Shown here in pieces: positions 44,810-52,414 of a stretch of DNA of 52,414 nucleotides (within the stretch, counting starts at the first letter, position 1; each line of letters begins with the position of its first letter). The stretch spans positions 1-52,414 of the forward strand of contig JAGLWB010000066.1 of assembly GCA_023133655.1 (NCBI GenBank). The letters are read 5' to 3'. The notes beneath the pieces are model-generated. The model ran no database searches. It saw only the letters and a list, made by a program, of their open reading frames with translations, and was not told the DNA's origin. This DNA comes from Bacteroidales bacterium (GTDB lineage Bacteria > Bacteroidota > Bacteroidia > Bacteroidales > JAGONC01). A program made the position numbers and the translations under genes.

Positions 44810-47116
44810 ATGAGAAACTGGAAGATCACCGGTTTAATTGCTACTGCTGTTATAGTAGTCTTATTTCCCATTTATCTTATTAAGGCGACTTACTTTGATC
44901 AATTCGGAGTTACTTCAATTGGTGATTTAGAGCCACAGTTTGTAGGAGGTCATACCTGCATTGAATGCCACAAGCTTGAATACGACCTTTGGCTTGGTTC
45001 TCACCATGACGATGCAATGGATATTGCAACCCATGCTTCCGTAAAGGGAGATTTCAATAATGCGGAATTTGAGTACAATGGGCGCATTCATAAGTTTTAC
45101 CAAAGGGATGGGAAATATTATGTCTACACTGACGGGCCAGCTGGTGAAATGGCCGAATTCGAAGTGAAATACACTTTTGGAATTGAGCCTTTGCAGCAAT
45201 ATCTTGTTCCATTTGAAGGTGGTAAGTATCAAACCCTGGCACTCACCTGGGATACGGAAAAGAAAGAGTGGTACCACATGGCCGATGCTGTATATCCGGG
45301 TCAGGATATTGACCATTCAAATTGGCTGCACTGGACCAACCAGGCCCAGAACTGGAATGGAATGTGTGCAGATTGCCATTCAACTAACCTGAAAAAGGGA
45401 TATTATTTTAAGACAGATAATTACAATACAACCTGGTCGGAAATCGATGTGAATTGCGAAGCCTGTCACGGCCCGGGCTCATTTCATCTTGATTGGGCCA
45501 AATTACCTGAAATGGCCCGCCCGCAGGATAATAATACAGCCCTTATTGTACAAACCAGCAATATTGATAATATTCAATATGTTAATTTATGTGCCCGCTG
45601 CCACGCACGCAGAAGTGCTTTAAAGGATTATGATTTCAAATGGCATGACCCGCTAGACCATATGATCCCGGAATTGGTAGGAGAGCCTATGTATTTTGCC
45701 GATGGGCAAATACTGGAAGAAGATTATGTGTATGGTTCATTTACACAAAGCAAGATGTATATGAATGATGTGCGCTGCAACGATTGCCATAACGTGCACA
45801 GCCTGAAGCTGGTCAAGGATGGGAATGACCTTTGTTTGCAATGCCATATAGCTGATGCATACGATACGTATGATCATCATTTTCATAAATATGAAGGTGA
45901 GGGTGGAGACCCTATTGTGATTAATGGCCGGAAAACTTACGAAGTTGGTGAAGGGGCGCTTTGCATCAATTGCCATATGTCCGGAAGATATTACATGGGT
46001 GTTGATTACCGTCGCGATCATAGTTTTAGGGTGCCAAGGCCTGACCTGAGCGACAAGCTCTCAACACCAAATGCTTGCAATCATTGTCATGCCGATAAAT
46101 CATCCCAATGGGCTGCAGGGTTTCTTCTGGAATGGTATGGAAAGAGTATCAGGCCGCATTATGGTACTCCAATTGCTGCCGGTCATCGGGGTGAGCCGGG
46201 AGCTAAAGATAAATTACAGTCTATTGCAGTTGATGAACTGTACCCTGTTATTGTCAGGGCTACTGCTATTTCTTTACTTGGTGATGTTTACACCGGACAA
46301 TGCGATGAAACTCTAATAACAGCTTTATATGATCCTGAAGCTCTTATTCGACAAACAGCAATTGGTAGCATTTCCCTGTCGGTTGAAAATATCATTGAAT
46401 TATTAGCACCATTACTTAATGATTATGTTAAAGCAGTTAGAATTGAAGCTGCTATTAAGCTTTCTCTCATACCGCAAGAACAGATTCCCCTGAAACATAA
46501 AAAAACGCTGGAAGCGACCTTTAATGAATATAGAATTGTTATGGAGTACTCGGCTGACTTTGCTGCAAGCAGGCATAACCTTGGTAACTATTATTCAAAC
46601 CGGAACAATCCTGATGAAGCTTTACTCAACTACAAAGCAGCTATAGCAATAGATAATGAGTTTTATCCTGCAAAAGTCAACATGGCAATGCTCTATAACC
46701 GGCTTGGACAAAATGATAAGGCAGAGATTGTTTTAAAAGATGTTGTTAAGAATCATCCTGAAGTACCGGATGCTTTTTATTCTTTAGGTTTATTACTTGC
46801 TGAACAACAAAAATATGAGGAAGCCCTTACGTATCTCAAAAAAGCATCCGGGCTTATGCCTTATTATGCAAGGGTACACTATAACTTGGGCTTATTATTG
46901 AATTATCTGGGTCGCAGAACGGAAGCCGGGCAGTCACTTTTGAAAGCGGTGGAGATCGAGCCTGATAATATCGATTTTATTTATGCACTCGCTGATTTTT
47001 ATATAAAAACAGGAAACTTCCCCAGAGCAAAGATAGTTGTTGAGCAAATAATTGAAAAATACCCCAATCTTCAATTGGGGTATGATTTGCTGGATGTAAT
47101 AAATCAGGACCTTTAG
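44810..47116 (+). CDS. membrane-anchored octaheme c-type cytochrome with HEAT-like and TPR repeats
   Basis: N-terminal TM helix. Eight CxxCH motifs (CIECH, CADCH, CEACH, CARCH, CNDCH, CLQCH, CINCH, CNHCH). HEAT-like VRATAISLLG/VRIEAAIKL segment. C-terminal TPRs (NLGNYY.., AFYSLGLLL.., VHYNLGLLL..). Confidence 0.85.
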   Translation: MRNWKITGLIATAVIVVLFPIYLIKATYFDQFGVTSIGDLEPQFVGGHTCIECHKLEYDLWLGSHHDDAMDIATHASVKGDFNNAEFEYNGRIHKFYQRDGKYYVYTDGPAGEMAEFEVKYTFGIEPLQQYLVPFEGGKYQTLALTWDTEKKEWYHMADAVYPGQDIDHSNWLHWTNQAQNWNGMCADCHSTNLKKGYYFKTDNYNTTWSEIDVNCEACHGPGSFHLDWAKLPEMARPQDNNTALIVQTSNIDNIQYVNLCARCHARRSALKDYDFKWHDPLDHMIPELVGEPMYFADGQILEEDYVYGSFTQSKMYMNDVRCNDCHNVHSLKLVKDGNDLCLQCHIADAYDTYDHHFHKYEGEGGDPIVINGRKTYEVGEGALCINCHMSGRYYMGVDYRRDHSFRVPRPDLSDKLSTPNACNHCHADKSSQWAAGFLLEWYGKSIRPHYGTPIAAGHRGEPGAKDKLQSIAVDELYPVIVRATAISLLGDVYTGQCDETLITALYDPEALIRQTAIGSISLSVENIIELLAPLLNDYVKAVRIEAAIKLSLIPQEQIPLKHKKTLEATFNEYRIVMEYSADFAASRHNLGNYYSNRNNPDEALLNYKAAIAIDNEFYPAKVNMAMLYNRLGQNDKAEIVLKDVVKNHPEVPDAFYSLGLLLAEQQKYEEALTYLKKASGLMPYYARVHYNLGLLLNYLGRRTEAGQSLLKAVEIEPDNIDFIYALADFYIKTGNFPRAKIVVEQIIEKYPNLQLGYDLLDVINQDL

Positions 47117-47463
47117 CCTGATTATTTTATAAATTTTATGTAAAAAGCTATTCAATCCTGTTCTTCCAGTATCCTGTTTCCAGATTCCTGTCTCAACCTT
47201 TTTTTAATATGATTCCCTGCATTCATCGCGATCTTCGCTTCTCGAATACCTTATCCTTATCTGCATTTGAATATATTTCATTATGCATTGATAATCAATA
47301 AAAAAGTTATCAACAATTGTATTACCTTTTCACTTATTTTAGATTAATATATGATATTTTTTAATGTTTTACTACCTTTAACGCAAAAATAAAATTTAAA
47401 CAAATAATTGCAGAATATCCGGAATCATTCTATCTCAAACCTTCTGTAAAAGAACTGGCTGCA

Positions 47464-48120
47464 TTGGAAGAAATTTATAATTTCGATTTCACATCTTTAA
47501 AAGTTTATCTTGACAGTATGCCAAATCTTCATTCCAATGACGATATAAATAAATTTACTGATTATTTCGAAAATTGGTGCGATATAAAGAATGAAGATTT
47601 TGAAGATGCAATAAGTTGGTTTGAGAACGTTATTGAAAATCCGGACACACCCGAAGACTCTATTTTTGCTATTATTGATATTGCCTATACATATAACTTA
47701 ATGGATACTTTAAATTTTAGATACGTTGGAAAATATCCAGAACTAAAGCCAGTTTCCAGATCTCAATTTACCAAGGATAGAGAGATTCTTATTGATAAAT
47801 TATTTCATTTAAAACATAGTAATTATAGCGAAGAATTTGGAAATGATAGTTCCATTATAGATGATATAAAAATATACCCAAGTCCTGTTAATTTGAATCT
47901 TAATATTAATTTTACTTTAAACTCTTCTTCATTAATTTCTATTGAATTATATAATTTAATTGGTCAACGAATTAAAACCATTTTTGATGGTCGTTTAAAT
48001 GAAGGTCCTCATTCTTTAAAATTTAAAACTTATACTATTAAAAGTGGAATGTACATTCTTGTTATTAATTCAAATTCAACAAAAGTATGTCGAAATAAGG
48101 TTCTAATATTGAATAATTAA
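47464..48120 (+). CDS. protein with a T9SS C-terminal sorting domain but no detectable signal peptide (possibly 5'-truncated)
   Basis: C-terminal IKIYPSPV..ISIELYNLIGQRI...GMYILVI. TTG start. The frame is open upstream only to a TAA at 47362-47364, with no ATG and no hydrophobic leader. Confidence 0.5.
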   Translation: MEEIYNFDFTSLKVYLDSMPNLHSNDDINKFTDYFENWCDIKNEDFEDAISWFENVIENPDTPEDSIFAIIDIAYTYNLMDTLNFRYVGKYPELKPVSRSQFTKDREILIDKLFHLKHSNYSEEFGNDSSIIDDIKIYPSPVNLNLNINFTLNSSSLISIELYNLIGQRIKTIFDGRLNEGPHSLKFKTYTIKSGMYILVINSNSTKVCRNKVLILNN

Positions 48121-48131
48121 AAAAATAAAAA

Positions 48132-49088
48132 ATGGATTATAAAGCAACTAAATACCAGTTAAGTTTAATTATAAGTTTTTTGTTTTGTTTGATATTAACA
48201 AATAAGATTTTTAGTAATCCTTATGATTTTACCTATTTTTTTGCCGCTGGTGAAAATAATGAAATTGAAATAATTTGGGATTATGCAGGAGAAAGAGATG
48301 ATCTTCTTGGGTGCAATTTATTCAGGAGTGAGGAAGACACGTGGCAATTCAATAAAGTAAATTCGGATCTGATCACTTCTACAAACAAAGATTTCTATTA
48401 TAATGACACTGTTGGTATAATAGATACTCTGAGATATTTTTATTGTGTTCAGTATGTGTTCCCTGACGTTTCGACTTATGCAGGAGGGATAGGATCCTTC
48501 AAGAAAATTATTTTTGAAGTTTTGGATGAAGAGAATATTGACCTGCTTTTAATACCCAGAAAAACAGGAGATTACATTTATAATTTACTGGTTGATTATG
48601 CATATGCAGGTGCAGGTGATTTTATTGACTCTATGAACCTTGTTCTTAACCCTTACATATTGGAACTATACGGGTTTCTTTATTCATGGGAAATATTCAG
48701 AGCGGCAGATTCAACTTATTCGGAATACCATGGATTTTTGGATATAACTGTTGACTATTTGTTTGCCCTGTTACAAAGTGTAGGATTAAAAGAATATGAT
48801 GAATCTGATTTAGAATTACTAAATGTAAAAGTTTTTCCCAATCCTTTCATCCATCAAACAAATTTTGAGTTACAATTAAAAAAATCACCTTTTATTGATT
48901 TCAGTATTTATGATATATCAGGTCATCGGGTTAAAACCATATATCAAGGAAATATAGAAGAAGGAAAACATAAATTTTCTTGGGAAGGTACTAATGAAAA
49001 AGGTATCAGAATGAAAAAGGGTATATATATTTATAAAATTAAATCGCATAATGGTTGTGCAAGTGGTAAACTTATTATGCACAGATAA
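48132..49088 (+). CDS. secreted protein of unknown function with a T9SS C-terminal sorting domain
   Basis: Hydrophobic N-terminus LSLIISFLFCLILTNKIFS. C-terminal VKVFPNPF...DFSIYDISGHRV...GIYIYKI. Confidence 0.7.
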   Translation: MDYKATKYQLSLIISFLFCLILTNKIFSNPYDFTYFFAAGENNEIEIIWDYAGERDDLLGCNLFRSEEDTWQFNKVNSDLITSTNKDFYYNDTVGIIDTLRYFYCVQYVFPDVSTYAGGIGSFKKIIFEVLDEENIDLLLIPRKTGDYIYNLLVDYAYAGAGDFIDSMNLVLNPYILELYGFLYSWEIFRAADSTYSEYHGFLDITVDYLFALLQSVGLKEYDESDLELLNVKVFPNPFIHQTNFELQLKKSPFIDFSIYDISGHRVKTIYQGNIEEGKHKFSWEGTNEKGIRMKKGIYIYKIKSHNGCASGKLIMHR

Positions 49089-49200
49089 ATTGGGGTTACT
49101 GCCCACTGCCTATCGTTTCATCTTTCATCTGATAACATTTATCTCCGTTCGAGACAGCGAGGCTAGGGAGGGGGGATACTCTCTCACCCCCGGACTGAAG

Positions 49201-49308
49201 AGGCTGTGTGAAAACAAAAGTCATCCCCCTGAGAATTGAATATATGAATTCTTTCTCAGGAGACCTACCCGAATAAACTACGCAGGGGGAATCGTTTTCA
49301 CACAGCCT
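49201..49308. repeat. 108-nt branched palindrome
   Basis: Perfect 15-bp outer stem: aggctgtgtgaaaac (49201-49215) with gttttcacacagcct (49294-49308). Inner pairings: cctgagaa (49228-49235) with ttctcagg (49253-49260), and tccccct (49224-49230) with aggggga (49284-49290). Confidence 0.75.
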
Positions 49309-49342
49309 TTAAAAAACGTGGCTATTGAAGTATTATTCGGCA

Positions 49343-49854
49343 AAATATTATTTTGATGTGCTAGCTAAAGAAATGTATTTTGTAGAATCCCGAAAGGATT
49401 CACTTAAGTTAACATTTTTAGAATCCTGAAAGGATTCAAGGTAAAAGCTCAGGGCGAAGTAAAACGAAGCCCTGTGATATATGATGTTATTGTAAAATAA
49501 GGGCTGAAAGCCCGACAGGTAATCAACAATAAAATTATGCTAATCCTGATCACATTCATGTACTGTGTACATTACCTCGAACTATTACTATTGCCGGATT
49601 AATTTCAAAAATAAAAACACCTTCATCCAACTGGATTAAGAAACAAGAAATTACTAATTTCTCATGGCAATGAGGATATGGTGTTTTCTCTGTGAGTTCG
49701 TCAAAGGTGAAGGTTGTTGAAAGTGCCGCCCCTTCAGGGCTTGTATCAAATATTTATACTCTAGCACAGGGGTTCCGTTTCACTACACCCTGTGCTATTA
49801 CCTTACGGGGCTTTGCCCCTTTAAAAATGAGGCCAGCGCATCAAAATAATATTT
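49343..49854 (+). mobile_element. decayed second copy of the RAYT/REP unit, inverted relative to copy 1
   Basis: 20-bp terminal inverted repeats: aaatattattttgatgtgct (49343-49362) and agcgcatcaaaataatattt (49835-49854). The same hairpin set as copy 1 in mirror order: 49385-49401, 49421-49437, 49448-49476, 49501-49513 and 49764-49795. Confidence 0.75.
49539..49724 (+). pseudogene. RAYT gene remnant (N-terminal ~60 codons deleted, in-frame TGA)
   Basis: Reads ANPDHIHVLCTLPRTITIAGLISKIKTPSSNWIKKQEITNFSWQ*GYGVFSVSSSKVKVVES. Colinear with aa ~52-113 of the 28019-28384 protein. The original ATG at 49537 is fused directly to this point. Confidence 0.8.
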
Positions 49855-49885
49855 ACCCTATTATTCATCAACAGGTTAGATTTAA

Positions 49886-50800
49886 TCAATCAGATTCCTT
49901 CCTTTTGTTTCTCAGGAACTTCACCCCGGTAATAAGAATAACACCCAAAATGGTTAAGAGACCGCCTGCTAACTGATAATTATATGGTAAAATTCCAAAG
50001 TAAATGAAAGTCCCGGCAACAACAAACAAGCTCTTTATGCTTCCGAAAATTGATACCCGCCCTGCTCCAATATACTTCATGGCATTGTAATTGGCTACTA
50101 CAGTAAGAAAAGGGCCAAGAACTGAGCCTATGGCAATGTTATAAAAAGCCTTCCATGCGATGAATAGGGATTGTTTGAGCATGAGAAACATGATAAATGA
50201 GAAAACAAAGAGGAAAAACGCCCTGTTTAATGATTGCAAGGCAGGAGGGAGTGTCAGAATATTCTTCTTAACTACAATTGTTATGATTGAAAATATGAGA
50301 GATGCCAGTATAGCATATTCTGTTCCTTTAATGAATATCTCCGAAATGTTTGAGCTTCCTGTATAGCTGATAACAAATGCTCCGGTGAGGATAAATACAA
50401 TGCCAATTAGTTCTAAGAAGTTAAACCGTTCTTTTAGAAATATCAACCCAAGGGTAATAACAAACATAGGCCCGATATTCCCAAGAAAAGAAACAACAGC
50501 TGGATTTTCAACAATATGAATGGCGGTAAAAAATGAAGTTGTGGCAACTATTTCAAGCAGTCCAATAATGCCTAAAATGAAAAACTTACTCCTGGTAAGA
50601 TTTATTATGGTCTCTTTTTTACACGTTTTGGTAGCAAAAATCAAGTTCCATATCAATCCCAAACCAAACCAGTATACCCCAAATTGTACAATATGAACCT
50701 CTTTTAAGGCTGCTTTACTGAAGATGTAAACATTAGATAAAGCCAGCACATAGATCAGTGCAAAGAAATACCCTTTTAGTGTTGAATGATGATCCTTCAT
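49886..50800 (-). CDS. DMT superfamily (EamA-type) transporter
   Basis: About ten predicted TM helices in two EamA-like halves. 304 aa. Confidence 0.8.
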   Translation of the reverse strand: MKDHHSTLKGYFFALIYVLALSNVYIFSKAALKEVHIVQFGVYWFGLGLIWNLIFATKTCKKETIINLTRSKFFILGIIGLLEIVATTSFFTAIHIVENPAVVSFLGNIGPMFVITLGLIFLKERFNFLELIGIVFILTGAFVISYTGSSNISEIFIKGTEYAILASLIFSIITIVVKKNILTLPPALQSLNRAFFLFVFSFIMFLMLKQSLFIAWKAFYNIAIGSVLGPFLTVVANYNAMKYIGAGRVSIFGSIKSLFVVAGTFIYFGILPYNYQLAGGLLTILGVILITGVKFLRNKRKESD

Positions 50801-50848
50801 AAAAAAATAAAATGCAAAGGTAGCAATAGCAAATATATTGGATTTTTA

Positions 50849-50856
50849 TACTTTTG
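50849..50856 (+). promoter_or_regulatory. candidate -7 box (TACTTTTG) for the deacetylase gene
   Basis: TAnnTTTG overlaps the track's TTG 50854. This favours the downstream TTG 50875 (MKILFNKKFLEHN). Confidence 0.35.
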
Positions 50857-50874
50857 CACCACAAAGAAAAAACA

Positions 50875-51759
50875 TTGAAGATACTATTTAATAAAAAGTT
50901 TTTAGAGCACAACGTCGACTCTGAAGCTGAAGGAGCATACCGGATTCAGGATTTTGATGATATTCCTGAAGCTGCTTATGATGGCGAAGCATTTATCTCA
51001 TTAGTGCACGATCCCCATTATATTGAATCAATTAAAGAAGCTTGTAGAAAATACGGGATTGAGGCTGAGGTTGAATTAACCCCCGGCAGCTACGAAGCAG
51101 CAAAGCTGGCAGTCGGACTGGCTGTCCAGGCTGCTGACCAGGATGATTTTGCTGTTATCCGGCCTCCCGGACATCATGCCGGACGAGCTCGTGCTGCCGG
51201 GTTTTGCCTTTTTAATAATATCGCCATTGCTACTCAAAAATTAGTTAATGAAGGGAAGAAAGTTTTCATTCTTGATATTGACGGGCACCATGGAGATGGT
51301 ACGCAATCGATTTTTTATGATTCCGATAAAGTCCTTTATTGCTCCATACACCAGTTGTATGCTTATCCCTTTTCAGGCTTTTCTGATGAAAAAGGAGTTG
51401 GATCAGGGGCAGGATTTACATTGAACTTCCCGTTGACAGCAGGTAGCGGCGACAAGGAATTTCTTGAAGCTGTGGATGCCGGGATTATGAAAGCCAAAGC
51501 GTTTAAAGCAGATGTAGTTGGTGTTTCGGTTGGCTTTGACGGATACCAGAAAGACAGAATTTTACAGCTGAATTATAGTTTAAAAGCGTATGATGAGTGT
51601 GGTTTCAGACTGAGAAGAAATTTTAAACACATTTTTGCCGTTCTCGAAGGAGGTTATCATTTTGATATAAGAAAATGCGTTGATCGCTTTATCGATGGCG
51701 TAAACCGTGGAAGTCGCCCACCTAAAATGAAATGGGACGAGAATATGTCGATCGGGTAA
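50875..51759 (+). CDS. histone deacetylase / acetoin utilization / acetylpolyamine amidohydrolase family protein
   Basis: IRPPGHHA, DIDGHHGDGTQ, EGGY motifs of the arginase-fold deacetylases. Confidence 0.85.
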   Translation: MKILFNKKFLEHNVDSEAEGAYRIQDFDDIPEAAYDGEAFISLVHDPHYIESIKEACRKYGIEAEVELTPGSYEAAKLAVGLAVQAADQDDFAVIRPPGHHAGRARAAGFCLFNNIAIATQKLVNEGKKVFILDIDGHHGDGTQSIFYDSDKVLYCSIHQLYAYPFSGFSDEKGVGSGAGFTLNFPLTAGSGDKEFLEAVDAGIMKAKAFKADVVGVSVGFDGYQKDRILQLNYSLKAYDECGFRLRRNFKHIFAVLEGGYHFDIRKCVDRFIDGVNRGSRPPKMKWDENMSIG

Positions 51760-51773
51760 CTCATCGTAACACG

Positions 51774-51939
51774 AGTGCCAGTCAGGTGTTTCACCCGGCT
51801 GAATTCAAGTGCCAGTCAGGTGTTTCACCTGACTGAATCAAGTGCCAGTCAGGTGTTTCACCTGACTGAATCAAGTGCCAGTCAGGTGTTTCACCTGACT
51901 GAATCAAGTGCCAGTCAGGTGTTTCACCTGACTGAATTA
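51774..51939. repeat. tandem array of five 33-bp units, each containing a 9-bp-stem hairpin
   Basis: Unit agtgccagtcaggtgtttcacctgactgaatca. The three central copies (51808-51906) are identical. The first (51774-51807, 34 bp) and last (51907-51939) are slightly degenerate. Palindrome agtcaggtg-ttt-cacctgact in each unit. No spacers. Confidence 0.9.
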
Positions 51940-51953
51940 AACATATTTTCTTC

Positions 51954-52414
51954 ATGAAGAACAAGATCATTCTCACATCAGCGATTTGTTTCTTTTTTAT
52001 CTCTCTGCTAACCGGGCAGACCTCACAACTTTACATACCTAAAAATTTTCAACATGCTTATGCCAACGGAACCCGGTCGATGGATGGAAAGCCCGGGTTG
52101 CAATACTGGCAGAACAGATCTGATTATGATGTCAAAATCAAGTTTGACCCCCGGGCTGGATTTCTCACAGGAGAAGAAAAGATTACTTATTATAACAATA
52201 GCCCGGATACCTTGCAGAGCCTGGTATTTAACTTGTTCCCAAATTATTTTCAAAAAAGTGCTGTAAGGGATTATAAAATTGATCCCCGTGATGAAAATAA
52301 TGGTGTAGCCATCACAAAGCTTTTGATAAATGGTCATGAAGTTGATCTCTCACCTGAAACAGGAATGGCTGAAATTAATCAGACAAAATTGACCATACAC
52401 CTTGATGCCCCAAT
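51954..52414 (+). CDS. M1 family metallopeptidase (aminopeptidase N-like), N-terminal part; runs off the window
   Basis: Hand translation from ATG 51954: MKNKIILTSAICFFFISLLTGQ (signal peptide), then SMDGKPGLQYWQNRSDYDVKIKFDPRAGFLTGEEKITYYNNSPDTLQSLVFNLFPN.., typical of M1 N-domains. No stop before the window end. Not in the ORF track. Confidence 0.65.
   Translation, partial: MKNKIILTSAICFFFISLLTGQTSQLYIPKNFQHAYANGTRSMDGKPGLQYWQNRSDYDVKIKFDPRAGFLTGEEKITYYNNSPDTLQSLVFNLFPNYFQKSAVRDYKIDPRDENNGVAITKLLINGHEVDLSPETGMAEINQTKLTIHLDAP

Noticed and set aside
49692-49976. 94-aa + ORF spanning the RAYT remnant, REP hairpins and the 3' end of the EamA gene
   Set aside because: It reads through palindromic repeats and antisense coding sequence. 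It begins after the in-frame stop of the dead transposase and is not a plausible gene.
51774-51939. Possible CRISPR array (regular palindromic ~33-bp repeats)
   Set aside because: The units abut each other with no unique spacers. There are only five copies and no cas genes or leader. It is a tandem repeat, not a CRISPR array.
51775-51976. Track ORFs 51775-51957 (+) and 51791-51976 (-), which encode repetitive peptides (SSASQVFHLTE x4)
   Set aside because: They are open only because the 33-bp unit is a multiple of 3 and happens to lack stops. They have no start context and are artefacts of the tandem repeat.

Overview
Low-GC Bacteroidota-type chromosomal segment. Evidence for the phylum: the mutY-ssb-gldE-gldD gene order, many T9SS C-terminal sorting domains, TAnnTTTG -7 promoter boxes, rpoN and a bS22-like mini-protein. 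Most of the window is housekeeping: hsp20, ptrB, lnt, hflX, trpS, rng, hup, ssb, gldE/gldD, corA, DAHP synthase/chorismate mutase, asnS, rpoN.

Five parts deserve attention:
1. 6.2-18.3 kb: a translationally coupled minus-strand operon plus divergent mocA. It matches the E. coli hyuA/ssnA/xdhD/ygfK/ygfJ selenium-dependent molybdenum hydroxylase (anaerobic purine/urate) gene set, but two fold-type-II PLP enzymes sit in the middle of it.
2. 1.3-6.2 kb: two tandem, mosaic T9SS beta-helix cargo paralogs. The segment is bracketed by a ~47-bp direct duplication of the hyuA 3' end and is full of nested palindromes.
3. 27.3-28.9 kb: a Y1/HUH (RAYT, IS200-like) transposase flanked by inverted REP hairpins. 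It sits next to an internally deleted mutY. A decayed, inverted second copy lies at 49.3-49.9 kb, so the two copies bracket ~21 kb.
4. 42.2-47.1 kb: a HIRAN protein, then a b6-type cytochrome b, a Tat-Rieske protein and a membrane-anchored octaheme cytochrome c with HEAT/TPR repeats. This is a non-canonical Rieske/cyt b module with no c1/f-type subunit.
5. 51.77-51.94 kb: a spacer-less array of five 33-bp hairpin units just upstream of an M1 peptidase gene.

I found no tRNA, rRNA or CRISPR array. All family assignments come from motifs read by eye and need HMM or BLAST confirmation.
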